Below are positions 1 to 13,965 of a stretch of DNA of 64,000 nt, one piece after another. The stretch is taken from positions 20,172,629 to 20,236,628 of the forward strand of contig NC_081391.1 in assembly GCF_030684315.1 (NCBI RefSeq). The letters are read 5' to 3'. This DNA comes from Stegostoma tigrinum (Eukaryota). The translations under genes and the position numbers were made by a program. The notes beneath the pieces were generated by a model. That model saw only the letters and a program-made list of their open reading frames with translations. It did not search any database and was not told where the DNA came from. Numbering within the stretch: the stretch's first letter is position 1; the number at the start of each line of letters is the position of its first letter.

Positions 1-295
1 TCGCCCTGGCCAAAGATGTTTCACAGTTAGTGTCTGCGAAATGATTAGAACTTTTGGCAATCCTGGTGGGTTGATGCCAATCTATTATGTAAACACCTGA
101 CTTACACACTGTCCCCCACGCCCTTGCAGAGTGAGCCTGAAGCAGATTTGTCCCAGACCCTGAATGCGGTAACAAGGTCCTTCCTGATCTGTTACTACTT
201 AACATTGCAGCTGACAGAGACAGATGGGGATCAAGAGCAGAGGAAACATTCAACTGTGTTCTGAAGCGTCACCGTACTTGAAATGCTTACTCGGT

Positions 296-315
296 GTCTC
301 TCTCTCTCTCTCTCT
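296..315 (+). repeat. (TC)n microsatellite within a decayed short repeat; longer copy at 44933-44956
   Basis: Direct inspection. Confidence 0.85.
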
Positions 316-1457
316 ATGGATGCTAGCGGACTAGCTGAGTTTCTCCAATAATCTGTTTTGTCTCCAGGTTGTCAACATCCACAAATCTTCAGTCCCACTT
401 GCAACGCTTGGAAATGCCCGACAGATCCGAACAAAGACTGTAGTCACAAGCTAATGGACATTATCGTTAAATGTTGAATGCAGAAAGTCACCTATGAATT
501 ATACTGCAACTTTGCATTCATTTCAGCTACTTTGGAACTAGTCTAACGATGACCACAAAGCTGTTGTTGGAGAAAGCCCACCTTATCGACTCATGTCCTT
601 GACCGATAGAGTGAGGATATGGAGTTAGGCCAGTAAAAGGAAGCAGCTTGTATTCTACAAGAGAAACCCAGTACAAGAGAAACCTGGGTCCCCTCAGGCA
701 TGAATTGAGCAAAGCTCCGATTGAGATATTAAGCATTTCCCTTTGCTTTTATGACCAAAGGATCAGAGTGTGGAGGCTGATGCAGCGGCAAGAGTATCGC
801 ACACTGTGCCCCTAAGAATAACGTAATTCAAACTCTCCTGAGAGTAATCTGGAATTTTTTAAAATGAAAAAAAGGCACTCTTTCATCTCCCTCATTTAAA
901 CTCTTACTTGCTAAGGTTTCAGAAGCATGTGCTTAGCTCTGATTGTTGAGCAAGACATGCAAGCAGATTGTCCAGTTAGAGCCTTGTGGCTCAAGTTAAG
1001 GGATACCCTAGCCAGTTTATGGCAAAGGAGAGGTTTAACCTCCGGCACAGGTCATGCACTAGCATTCGTTAGGCTGGAATGCAGTGGCTACTGAATGAAA
1101 AGAAAGCTGAACCAATTAAAGGAAGAGACAGATGTGCAGTCAGGTTTTCAGGAGCTGAGAAAAAGGCAGATGCACTAGTGGTGTGGAAGGAAAACCTGCA
1201 GGATTGTATTAAATGGCAGACAGGAGTCAAGGAAGCTGATGGCCTACATTCAGACCCCTGCCTTGTACTTCACTGTAGCCACATCACGGGGGAGGGGGGG
1301 GGGGGCAGGAAGGTAAATGTTTGATGATCAGTCTAGGAATTAGTTACACAGGAGAACGTAGTTGAGTGAATATTTTATTTCCACATGCAGCAATAGAGAA
1401 ACCGATACAAATAATTCTGCTTTCATGTACAATAGTGAAGCAATTCCAAACTGCCAC

Positions 1458-3599
<2,142 letters not shown>

Positions 3600-3666
3600 C
3601 TTCACTATTCCTGCTCACTATCACCTAGACAACTCTAGCACTAATCCTTTGTACTACAATCTCTGG

Positions 3667-3791
3667 TATTTATACTCCTGGGACATTCTACGCTCAACGA
3701 GGGAATGACATCACCAATGATGACTGACATTCCCTGAAAGCCAATTCGGAATCTCCCATGAATTTAGCCCCACCTCTGCCCTCCCACCAAT
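3667..3791 (-). promoter_or_regulatory. F1 proximal promoter: TATA, TGACATCA (CRE/AP-1-like), three CCAAT boxes, kB-like site
   Basis: TATAAATA (minus) at 3667-3674. TGACATCA at 3706-3713. CCAAT (plus) at 3714, 3741 and 3787. GGGAGATTCC (minus) at 3748-3757. The layout recurs upstream of the other copies. Confidence 0.7.
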
Positions 3792-4169
3792 TAGAGAGAG
3801 GGTGTGGGTGTATGAGGCAGAGCTGATCAGAGGTGCAGATTGTTGTCAAGTCTGGATGGTTATTCTGTGATTGGATCAGCAGTCGGTCATTTAGAATCTC
3901 CAATCTGCCGGAACTCTCTATCGGGTCATGGTTAGTTTGAACAAAAAACTAGATTTGGATTTGGAAAGCTTTTCTTTTTAAACTAAGCTTGTTGTGACGA
4001 ACTGCGAGAGGTGCTCAATGAAGGAGAATCAGTTTCTGAGCATGTTCTGCTGGGATATTGGAGAGAAAGGTAGGAGATTGATGGTAGTTCCTAGAAATTT
4101 GTAACAGAAACAAACAGGACAAAGACAGGAAAGATGTTTCTGATGACCAATGCGCCCAGAACCAAGGGT

Positions 4170-4870
4170 CACTGTCTAAGGATATAGAGTAGTCTGTTTG
4201 GGATTGAGTTGAGGAGAAATGTCTTCAGCCAGACAGTGGGGAGTCTGTTGTATTCTGTGGGAAGGAAACAGTTGAGGCCAAAAGACTGAAGGTTTTGAAG
4301 AGTTAGATGTAGCTGATAGGGCTATGGGGATCAAAGGGTATGGAGAGAGAGTGTGAAGATGGTACTGAGTTAAGGGATTACCCATGATCATGTGGGATGC
4401 CAGAGCAGGCTGGAAAGGCTGTATCAAAATGGTTCATAATTTTGAACATTTCAATCAGGTCATCTTTTAATCTTCTCTGCTCCAAGGAGATAAGGCCAAT
4501 TTTTAAAATCTTTCCTGGTATCATTCCAGCAAATCTCCTTTGCACAGTGTCCAGGGCTTTAATGCCCTCCCTTACAAACAGTGCCCAGAATTGAACACAA
4601 TACTCTAATGCGGTCTGACCAATGGTGTGTAGTGGTGTAGCGTTACTTCTTTGCTTTTATACTCTCGGGCTCTCCTTAAAAACACAAGGTTCCTATAAGC
4701 CTTCTTCATGACTGTTTCATCTTGCCTGGCCACCTTCAGGGAATTGTAGTTTTAAATCCTGAGGGCTCTCTGCTCCTGTACTCACCTTGACGTTGTTCCA
4801 TTGAACCTGTATTATCTCTTCATGTCTCCATGTTTCTTCTACCAAAATGCATTTCTTGCATTTTTTTGTG
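4170..4870. mobile_element. Old CR1 fragments (plus 3' end ~4170-4420, then a minus fragment); copies at ~32490-33190 and ~48790-49490
   Basis: Similar to the 3' ends of the younger CR1 copies (GGGATCAAAGGGTATGG; AATTGAACACAATACTC). Confidence 0.55.
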
Positions 4871-4997
4871 TTGAAATTATAAAGTGATTGCCAACATCAA
4901 ATCTTACCCAATAAAAATCAAATGATCCTAATTCTGAAGTCTTCAACTGACCCCCCCCGCCCCCCCCGCCCCGTCTGTGTGTGTGTGTCCACTATAT

Positions 4998-6077
4998 GAT
5001 GCAAAGAGTAGTGATAAACGGGTCCCCTTCGGAATGGCAGGCAGTGACCAGTGGGGTACCACAAGGTTCGGTGCTGGGACCACAGCTGTTTACGATATAT
5101 ATTAATGATATAGACGAAGACATTAAAAGTAGTATTAGCAAATTTGCTGATGACACAAAGTTGGGTGGCAGTGTGTAATGTGAGGAGGATGTTATGAGAA
5201 CACAGGGTGACTTGAACAGACGAGGTGAGTGGACGGATGCATAGCAGACGCAGTTTAATGTGGATAAATGTGTGGTTATACACTTTGGTGGCAGGAACAG
5301 GAAGGCAGATTACTATCTCAATGGAGTCAAGTTAGGTAAAGGGCAAGTACAACGAGATCTAGGTGTTCTTGTACATCAGTCAATGAAAGTAAGCATGCAG
5401 GTACAGCAGGCAGTGAAGAAAGCTAATGGCATGCTTGCCTTCATAACAAGAGGAATTGAGTATAGGAGCAAAGAGGTCTTTTTGCAGCTGTACAGGGCCC
5501 TGGTGAGACCGCACCTGGAGTATTGTGTGCAGTTTTGGTCTCCAAATTTGAGGAAGGATAGTCTTGCTATTGAGGGAGTGCAGCGTAGGTTCACAAGGGC
5601 AATTCCCAGAATGGCGGGACTATCATATGTTAAAAGATTGGAGCGACTGGGCTTGTATACACTTGAGTTTAGAAGGATGAGAAGGAATCTGATTGAGGCG
5701 TATAAGATTATTAAGGGATTGGACACTCTGGAGGCAGGAAGCATGTTTCTGCTGATGGGTGAGTCCAGAACTAGTGGACACAGTTTAAACATCAGGGGAA
5801 GGCCATTTAGAACAGAGTTGAGGAAAAACGTCTTCACCCAGAGAGTGGTGGATATATGGAATGCTCTTCCCCAGAAGGCAGTGGAGGCCAAGTCTCTGGA
5901 TACTTACTAGAAAGAGATAGATAGAACTCTTAAAGGTAGTGGGATCAAGGGTTATGGGGATAAGGCTGGAACAGGATACTGATTGTGGATGATCAGCCAT
6001 GATCATAATGAATGGTGGTGCTGGCTCGAAGGGCCGAATGGCCTACTCCAGCACCTATTGTCTATTGTCTACTGTCT
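4998..6077 (+). mobile_element. 5'-truncated CR1-clade LINE (HER1-like), RT C-terminus and 3' UTR
   Basis: [18 protein letters not shown] and LVRPHLEYCVQFWSP motifs with in-frame stops. Ends in a (TATTGTC)n tail. The empty site is at ~33305. Confidence 0.93.
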
Positions 6078-7017
6078 GTCCCTTCTGTGAAGAGGCTGTT
6101 TCTGACATTATCCTGGACAGTTTAGCTTTAATTTGAAGATTCTATTTCCAATCCATACGCTCAGTCCTAGATGACCCATTGAGACGAAACAATTCCTCTC
6201 AATCTACCCTGTCAAATCCACTAATGCTCTTAAAACTTCCAAATACTGCCGTCTCTTAACCTTCCATACTGAGGGACTCAGGCAAGCTGCCATCATCATT
6301 TAACCAGCTCTTTATCTCTGAGTTGATTCTGGAAATTCTCTGCTGCACCATCTTTAGGCCCAACCTGCCAAAAATGATATCCCAGAGATGGTTGAACCAG
6401 AACTTGACAATTTCATAAAAAACCTCCACCCAGAGGTTTGCAAATCCCTTAGAGATCAGGACTGACATTGAATTAATTTCTTTGTTCAGTGTTTTTATAT
6501 CTCGTCTCTAGTTTCAATACATTTCTGTCCACTTGTCTCAGTTTCATTTTGATCATTAGTTTTGACAACCCAGCAGAAGATGTCCCCATTTCTAAAACAC
6601 TCTGACTCATCTTTCTTGGTCAGGAGTGGATAACTTCACACTTCCCCTTATTGAACTGTATCAGCCATTCTTCCCCACTCCATGGAAGTTTGAAACATTC
6701 TACTGTCATGATAAAGTGCCACTTGATGTAATGCCATCAGCAAATATTTGAATTGTGGCTGTCCATTTCTTCATCTGTAACATTTATAATCCAAGGAAAA
6801 GTTAAGGCCCCAGTTTCTCTCCTTGGGGAAAGTAATGACATCTTGCTTTCTCTTTTATTACCTCATGGGATGAAGGTGTTGTTGGCTGGCCCAGCATTTA
6901 TTGTACTTCCCTAATTATTATTGTCTTCTTGAATTGCTGTTGTCCATTTGGTGCAGGGAGATCCATAATGCCATTTTGGACAGAATTCCAGGATTCAGAT
7001 GGTATGACTGTAGATTG

Positions 7018-7232
7018 AGTTTTGCCTGATGAGCTTCATTGAGTATTTTGAAGAAGTGATGAAGAGCAATGATGAGGGCAGAGTGGTGGGCGTGATCTAC
7101 ATGGACTGCAATGAAGCGTTTGACAATGTTGCTCATAGTAAGCTGTTTAGCAAAGTGAGATCACATGGAATCCATGGAGAATTATCCATTTGGATACAGA
7201 AATGGCTCAAAGGTAGAAGGCAAAGGGTGCCG
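7018..7232 (+). mobile_element. Old CR1 RT fragment (copies at ~34255-34465 and ~51635-51850)
   Basis: IEYFEEVMKSNDEGRVVGVIYMDCNEAFDNVAHSKLFSKVRSHGIHGELSIWIQKWL. Confidence 0.75.
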
Positions 7233-7235
7233 TTA

Positions 7236-8110
7236 GAGGCAACAAAGTGCGGAGCTGGAGGAACATAGCAGGCCAGGCAGCATCAGAGGAGCAGGAAAGC
7301 TGTTGTTTCGGGTTGAGACCCTTCTACCGAAATTGGGAGGGGAGGGGAAGCTCAGAAATGAAGAGGAGGGGTGGGACTGGGAAGGTAGATGGGATGGTGA
7401 TGGGTGAGTGCAGATAGGGAGTAGTCAGGAATGGCCAGTGAGGTGGGGGGGATGCAGATAGGTGGGAGAGAAGATGGACAGGTCAAAGAGGTGGGGATGA
7501 GAGGGAGAGAGGGGATTGGTCATGGGGTGAGGAGATTTTGAAGTTAATAAGGTCCACATTTAGTGTCGTGGGCTGTAAGCTCCCAAGGCAGAATATGAGG
7601 TGCTTCTCTTCCAGTTTGAGGATGACATTGGTGTGATACTGGAGGATGCCCAAAATGGACAGGTCATCCAGGAATGGGAGCGGGAGGGAAGTTAAAACAT
7701 TTTGCGATTGGAAAACGTTGTTTTTTGTTGCACATTGAACACAGATGCTCTAGAAAAACTGACTCCCTCATGTAGCGGAGGCCACATTGGGTGCAGCCGA
7801 TACAACAGACCAACTTGAAACATGTGCAGGTTATCCCTGTCTGATGTCGAAGGTTTGTTTGTTTTTCTTTTGTTTTGAATGGAGACACGTGGGAGGCGGT
7901 CAGGTGTAGCTGTTCCTACAGTTGTAGGGAACCGGGCTGGGGTTAATGGCGAGTACAGAGTGGATGAGGGAGTGGCAGGGATACCAGCGGAGAGGTACTG
8001 GGGTGTCCATAGTAAGAGGGGCTATGCCTGCTTCTGTCAGTTATGTGGAACAGTCCCTCTTCTGCTGCTACACTGTCACTATCCCGTACCTCTTCCTTAC
8101 TCATAGATTG
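7236..8110. mobile_element. Decayed Penelope-like element: minus-strand endonuclease/terminal part followed by a plus-strand RT fragment (copies at ~34470-35330 and ~51855-52730)
   Basis: Homologous to 12630-13440. The plus strand gives a YVEQSLFCCYTVTIPYLFL RT-like remnant. Confidence 0.65.
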
Positions 8111-8317
8111 ACAGTAAATAGCCAGCTACATTGCTGTGTGGGTGGTGAGTCAGCTGTCAGCCAACTGCTTTCCTTCCCTGAAAGGGTTAGAAAAACGTAG
8201 GACTGCTGAGAGTTGGCCTTTCAGCAAATTAAGTGAAGTGTCTCTTTTCTCTTCCACTCTTTCCCCGTCCTTTCGATCTCCTCTCTTCCCCCCCTCCCTC
8301 CACCCCCTGCCCGAAGC

Positions 8318-8383
8318 CTGGATGCAATGCAGGGAACTCTGCAGAGAGAGAAGAAGGTGAACCAGAGTCTATTGGATCTCCAT
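8318..8383 (+). pseudogene. Inverted ferritin exon-3 relic
   Basis: Plus strand translates [22 protein letters not shown]. By hand count 55 of 66 nt match F1 exon 3. Confidence 0.85.
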
Positions 8384-9276
8384 GTCTGCAAATGTAGCTT
8401 TAATTGCACCAGCTGTCCCCAGCAGTTGATTGCTGGAGCGAGAACAGGAACTATGCCACGTTTGTCCCACAAGCTACAAGGTGGGCATTGAGGATAGGAG
8501 ACACTGTTACAGGAGAGAGCAGATTCCTCACTCAGTCTCCTACAGTGGAGACTTGTTAGAAAATCCAATTCCTTAGCTTGGGAAACTAGAACAGTGGTGT
8601 CTTGCTTGTTCAAAGAAGCATGCCAAAAAAATGCAATGCACGTGCCAGATGCTATTGCTGTTCCTTTTTTATTAACAAAGTATTTTTTTAATGCTTGGAT
8701 TCTGCTAACCAAGTTAAGTGAAGGTTACTAGCAAAACTGAGGTCCGGCAGCACCTGTGGATAGACTTCAGTTGAGTAGTCACCAGACTCAACCATTAATT
8801 GGTGTATCAACACGTGCAGAGTGCCACCTGCCCCCCTGACTCTAGCCGTTTGTATTGTGTTTGATCCCAGCTTTTAGGAAAGTTGGAGCATTGCTAGGGA
8901 CAGGGCACCAGTTAAGTGGCTAACAGTTAGAATGGAGCAATTTTGGTGAAGCTATTGACTGGAGACTGCTCTTACAGAACTGTCACCGTGAGCACTGCTT
9001 AAAAGCCAAAAGCTTAACAGTTTGATTTCCACAACAATTACTCATTTAAAAAAAATCTTTTGACTTTGGATTCAGAAACTGAACAAAAATTGCCAGGGCA
9101 AGCATTGATTCAATGCAGAGAGCAAAAAGCCAAAGCGATTTAATAATCAGGTAATAAGCAGCCAAATAAGTGTAGTCAGATACATGGGCAATGTTTTCAT
9201 TTTGTGCAGAGTGTGCAAAAAAAAAGTCATTCACTAGAACACCAGTGTACAACAAATGGAGTTGTTGAATCCTCAT

Positions 9277-10732
9277 TCAGCTCAGGCTGAGCCTGTCAAA
9301 CAGATACTCTCCTTTGCCCTTCTGAGGGGCTCCCAGTCTCTTCAGGTTGGTGATGTGATCTCCCAGCTTCTTGATCATCTTCACTTGCTCATCCAAGTAG
9401 TGCCTCTCCAGGAAGTCACAGCTGGAAGACAAGACAAGTTAGTGGAATCCATTGAAGACATTTGGAAGTGACCCTCAATTCAGATTTAACAAATCAATAC
9501 CATGTTGAGGGAGAGGGGCACTCTGCTGATGCGTTTGGACTGTTGTAGATTTAACAGTCTGCAGGAGGCAGTTATGAGACAATTGTATTCCCCCTCCCCC
9601 CAAGAGTACACAAACAGATCACTTTCAGGTTGGAAACATTCATCTTTCCTGGAATTTGAACGTCATCCTGGTAGTTTGTTGTTCGAAAGGCCATCAGCCC
9701 TACATGCTGAATTTAGCAGTGAAAGGCAAGGAAGCTTATTGGAGAGAAAGTGAGGAACTCACATGAGGGTCTGTGTGGCCAGAGGAGAGATTGTGCAGAT
9801 CCAGCAAACTCTGGTTCACATCCTTCTCCTTCTGCAGAGCTCCCTGCCTTGCCTCCAGATCATTGACCATGGTCAGTCTTCTGAAGCGGCAGCGTGGGGG
9901 TGGATGGTAAGAGACAAGACACATCACTTAAAATGCAAGAAACCAGTGAAAAAAGCAACAAGACCTCCATCTCATTAGGAGAGTGTACAACAGCTAAGAG
10001 ATTATATCCAAAGCATTAAAATGCTATAATATTCAGGGCTTAAAAAGCCTTCTTCAGGACAAAATGACATTTCATTAAACCCAATCTTGATGTCCTACAA
10101 GAGGAGCATGCACCCACATTCTGGAATGCCATCAGTTTCTCAGCTGTTCCCATTCCTTCGAGGAACAGTGCCATGAGAACTCAAAGTGACACAGGACAAC
10201 ATCTTCCCAGTCAAAAGTGAAAGGATTGTAAACAGGGAAACCCATTGGGGTTTGTTGTTAAAGATTCTTCTCTACCTGAAATGCTTCTTCAGTCAGGCCT
10301 GCAGGTTCTGGAAGGGAAAGCCTCCCTTGTAAATCACAACAAAAACCACACCATAATAGATTGAGGTGTAGTTTCTTGCCTTGTGAAGCAGGAGGGATCA
10401 TCTTCCTACAAGTTGGGTCTTGAATATTTCATACTTGACACAAAATATTAAGTATTAAAATAAAACCTCAACATTCCAAAAGGCCATATGGGTAGGGAAA
10501 ATGGCTCAGCTTCAGCAAGGAAACCTTCCAACACAGAACAGGATTCTCAGCTCTGGAGTGAACTAGCAAAGTTGATTAGTGAAGTATTGACAGCAAATAG
10601 AACTCAGGATTGTGATAGTGTTCCTCCCTCTGGGATGGAGGTCCAGGGTCGCATACGCTCTAGAGGTCAGACATATTATCTCTCAACAGATTAACACTCT
10701 TCAATAGAATAAATCCAATTACATTGTACAGA

Positions 10733-10812
<80 letters not shown>

Positions 10813-11093
10813 GACATCCCAGGTCATACATCAGGATCAAACCATTAAAAGATTATTCACTTCTCAAGGTCAGGGAAAGGCCACAGAAGATTCTAAAATA
10901 TGAATTGAATGATGCAGAGAGACCCTACACCCACAATACATTGAGGCCACAGCTTGAAATCTGAAATAAATCCAGAGAACACCACTGTCACCATGGAGAG
11001 GTAAACATGGGAGAAAGAAAGCACCAGGGTGATCTGCTTGTTAACAACATCCTCACAGGCCTTGTGATGGTTCTGCCACACTTGGGAGGGCAT
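9277..11093 (-). pseudogene. Ferritin pseudogene F2
   Basis: Exon 1 10992-11093 has the ferroxidase Glu27 equivalent changed to Val. Exon 2 ~10086-10225 is decayed with indels and a GT>AT donor. Exon 3 9763-9880 is 8 bp short. Exon 4 9277-9421 has a 2-bp deletion giving CTG TGA. Confidence 0.93.
10736..10808 (+). repeat. (CA)n microsatellite, ~36 units
   Basis: Direct inspection. Absent at the paralogous site ~55357. Confidence 0.97.
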
Positions 11094-11160
11094 CTTCACT
11101 ATTGCTGCTCACAATCACTTGGACAACTCTAGAACTGAGTCTCCCTCCCACAAGCTCTTG

Positions 11161-11320
11161 TATTTATACTCCAGAGACCATCCTGCACCAACCAGGGAAT
11201 GACATCACTAACAATGATTGACAATCTCTGACAGCCAATCAGGAATCTGCAAGAACCCAGTCACCAATGAACAGAGGAGGAGGAGAGTGGGGCAATGTGC
11301 TGAGACCCAGAGTCAATCAG
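11161..11320 (-). promoter_or_regulatory. F2 promoter (retained in pseudogene)
   Basis: TATAAATA at 11161-11168, followed by GGGAATGACATCA and CCAAT boxes. Confidence 0.55.
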
Positions 11321-11984
11321 AGATTTGGGCAACAGTCAGGTTGAGATTATTATTCTGTGATAACGAGAGCACTTCGCCTCTCAAACCTGTCCCCTAATTC
11401 AACTGGATCGGTGCGAGTCTGAGTCTTCATTTAATACCTTTGCCTGGGTTCTGCATCACATCATATTGCGAACTAGCACAGCTCAACAAATCAGTTTCGA
11501 AATGTCCAAGGGGCTTGCAGAATTTTGGGAGTGATACTGTAATGTTTGAGATTAAGCATCATCACTGATTACCATAGCTTTGATCTGAAGATTATTCCCC
11601 CTTTTCCAGGATTACTTCGCCACAGGAAACAGTACATTGTCTAACGGCACGATTAGATCCATTAATAATCCAAAGTACCTGGATAATATTCGTTCTCGAG
11701 TCTTCCACACTCTTGCAAGGACAAGGCTAGTTGATGTAAACTGTATTCATAACGTAACCAGCTTGGGGCTGAGAAAATGCTGGTGAATCTGTGCTAAGGT
11801 CCCTCAAATAACCCTGTCAGAGCTCAGCACAGCGCTCCAAATGTGCTCTGATGCCACTTCTATGCTGTTGTATTACAACCCATGCTGTTTTGTTGTCCAG
11901 CTGGCTTGGGGGGAAACTGAGCACGTTCTGGCCTTTTTAATTCGGCTTTCATATCTGCCCACTGCCACACGGTTATTACGGTGC

Positions 11985-12589
11985 TGATGGCGACCATTCA
12001 GCCCATCGTATCCACCACCAACTCGCTGAGCGTTTCACCTCTTGCCATTCTCCTGCACTGTCCCTGTAATCTCCATGTTATTCCCTTTCAGATATCAGTC
12101 CTATTCCCTATTGAATGCGTGAATTGAACCTGCCTCCAACACACTCTCGGACTATACATTTCACACCCTATCCACTCGCTGTGTTGGAAGGTTTTTATTT
12201 TCGCAGATCACTTCAGCTTCTTTTGCCAATTTTAAACCTGTGCCTTCTTGCTCCTGACCCTTTCACAAATGGGAACATCATGCCACTGTTTGTTCTTTCT
12301 GGATCCGAATTTGCGCCGTTTGCTTTCCAGAGAGAAAAGTCCCAGCTTCTCCAATATATCCTCACACCTGAAATTCCTCATTCCTGTTGCCATTCCAGGA
12401 AGCCTCCTCTGCACTGTCTCCAGTACATCCACACTTTCCTTCAGTGTGATGTGCAGAACGAGACACAGTATTCCTGTTGGGGTCAAACTTAAGCAGGTTC
12501 AGCATAATCACCTTGCTCTTGTACACTTGTCCCTACTAATAAAGCTCAGGGCGCTGCGAGCTTTATTAACCATTCGCTTGAACAGTCCT
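11985..12589 (-). mobile_element. Old CR1 3' fragment (copies at ~37480-38082 and ~56540-57143)
   Basis: Minus-strand VLETVQRRLPGM...LEKLGLFSLE motif. Confidence 0.7.
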
Positions 12590-13965
12590 CAGAGATAATG
12601 GGAACTGCAGATGCTGGAGAATCCGAGAAAACAAAGTGTGGAGCTGGATGAACACAGCAGGTCAAGCAGCATCTTAGGAGCACAAAAGCTGACGTTTTGG
12701 GCCTAGACCCTTCATCAGCAAAGGGGGTTTGGGGAAAGAATTCTGAAATAAATAGGGAGAGGGGTAGGCGGACCGAAGATGGATGGAGGAGAAGGTAGGT
12801 GGAGAGGAGAGTATGGGTGGGGAGGTAGGGAGGGGATAGGTCAGTCCGGGGAGGATGGACAGGTCAAAGGGGCCAGGTGAGGTTAGTAGGTAGGAAATGG
12901 AGGTGTGGCTTGAGGTGGGAGGAGGGTCTAGGTGAGAGGAAGAACAGGTTAAGGAGGCTGGGATGAGCTGGGCTGGTTTTGGGATGCAGTGGGAGGAGCG
13001 GAGATTTTGAAGCTGGTGAAAGCCACATTGATACCATTGGGCTGCAGAGTTCCCAAGTGGAATATGAGTTGCTGTTCCTGCAACCTATGGGTGGCATCAT
13101 TATGGCACTGCAGGAGGACCAGGATGGACATGTTGTCACAGGAACGGCGGGGAGAGTTGAAATGGTGCACGACTGGGAGGTGCAGTTGTTTACTGCAAAC
13201 TGAGCGTCGGTGTTCTGCAAAGCGGTCCCCAAGCCTCCGCTGTGTTTCCCCAATGTAGAGGGAGCCACGCCGTGTACAGCAGATGTAGTGTACCACATTG
13301 GCGGATGTGCAGGTGAACATCTGTTTGATGTGGAAAGTCATCTTGGGGCCTGGGATGGGGGTGAGGGAGGAGGTGTGGGGGCAGGTGTAGCACTTCCTGC
13401 GGTTGTAGCAGAAAGTGCTGGGTGTAGTGGGTTTGGATGGGAGTGTGGAGCGAACAAGGACATCGCGGAGAGAATGGTCTCTCCGAAAGCAGACAATGGT
13501 GGGATAGAAAAATGTCTTTGGTGGTGGAGATGGATTGTAGATGGCAGAAGTGTCGGAGGACGATGCATTATATCCAGAGGCTAGTGGGGTGGTATGTGAG
13601 GACTAGGGGGATCCTCTTGGGGAAGTTATTGCGAGGGTAGTGTGTGAGGGATGAGTTGTGGGAAATGCGGGAGACACGATTGAGGACATTCTCGCCCACT
13701 GCAAAGGGGGAAGTGGCGGTCCTGTAAGAACGAGGACATCTGGGATGTGCAGGAGTGGAATGCCTCTTCTTGGAGCAGATGGGGGAAGAGGCAAAGGAAT
13801 TGGGAATAGGGCATGGAGTTTTTGCAGGAAGGTGGGTTGGAGGAGGCGTATCACAGGTAGCTGTGGGAGTTGGTGGGCTCGAAATGGACATCGGTTTGTA
13901 GGTGGTTGCCTGCGATGGAGACAGAAAGTCCAGGAAGGTGAGGGATGTGTTGGAGATGGTCCTTC
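12590..13965 (-). mobile_element. Penelope-like retroelement, 3' part (RT end, GIY-YIG endonuclease, terminal repeat with hammerhead motif)
   Basis: ORF 12949-13341 reads FTCTSANVVHYICCTRRGSLYIGETQRRLGDRFAEH...LGTLQPNGIN. Upstream IPLVLTYHP and PYSQFL motifs are frameshifted. Confidence 0.88.

Noticed and set aside
258-295. GTTCTGAAGCGTCACCGTACTTGAAATGCTTAC as another hammerhead
   Set aside because: It is probably a decayed relative from a second repeat family, but the core and stems are too degenerate to call.
3600-3605. Upstream GTG AAG as the start codon (ORF track MKMASQ)
   Set aside because: Artefact of alternative-start ORF calling. AAGATGG is a good Kozak context and matches known ferritin N-termini.
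3600-3645. TAGTGA/TAGTGC hexamers in the leader as variant IRE loops
   Set aside because: They are not CAGTGN, and no 5-bp upper stem with a bulged C can be formed.
3705-3730. TGAC motifs as an Nrf2 antioxidant response element
   Set aside because: They lack the GC of TGACnnnGC.
5260-5910. Longest ORF (216 aa) as a host gene
   Set aside because: It is the C-terminal piece of a truncated CR1 ORF2 with upstream stops and no ATG context.
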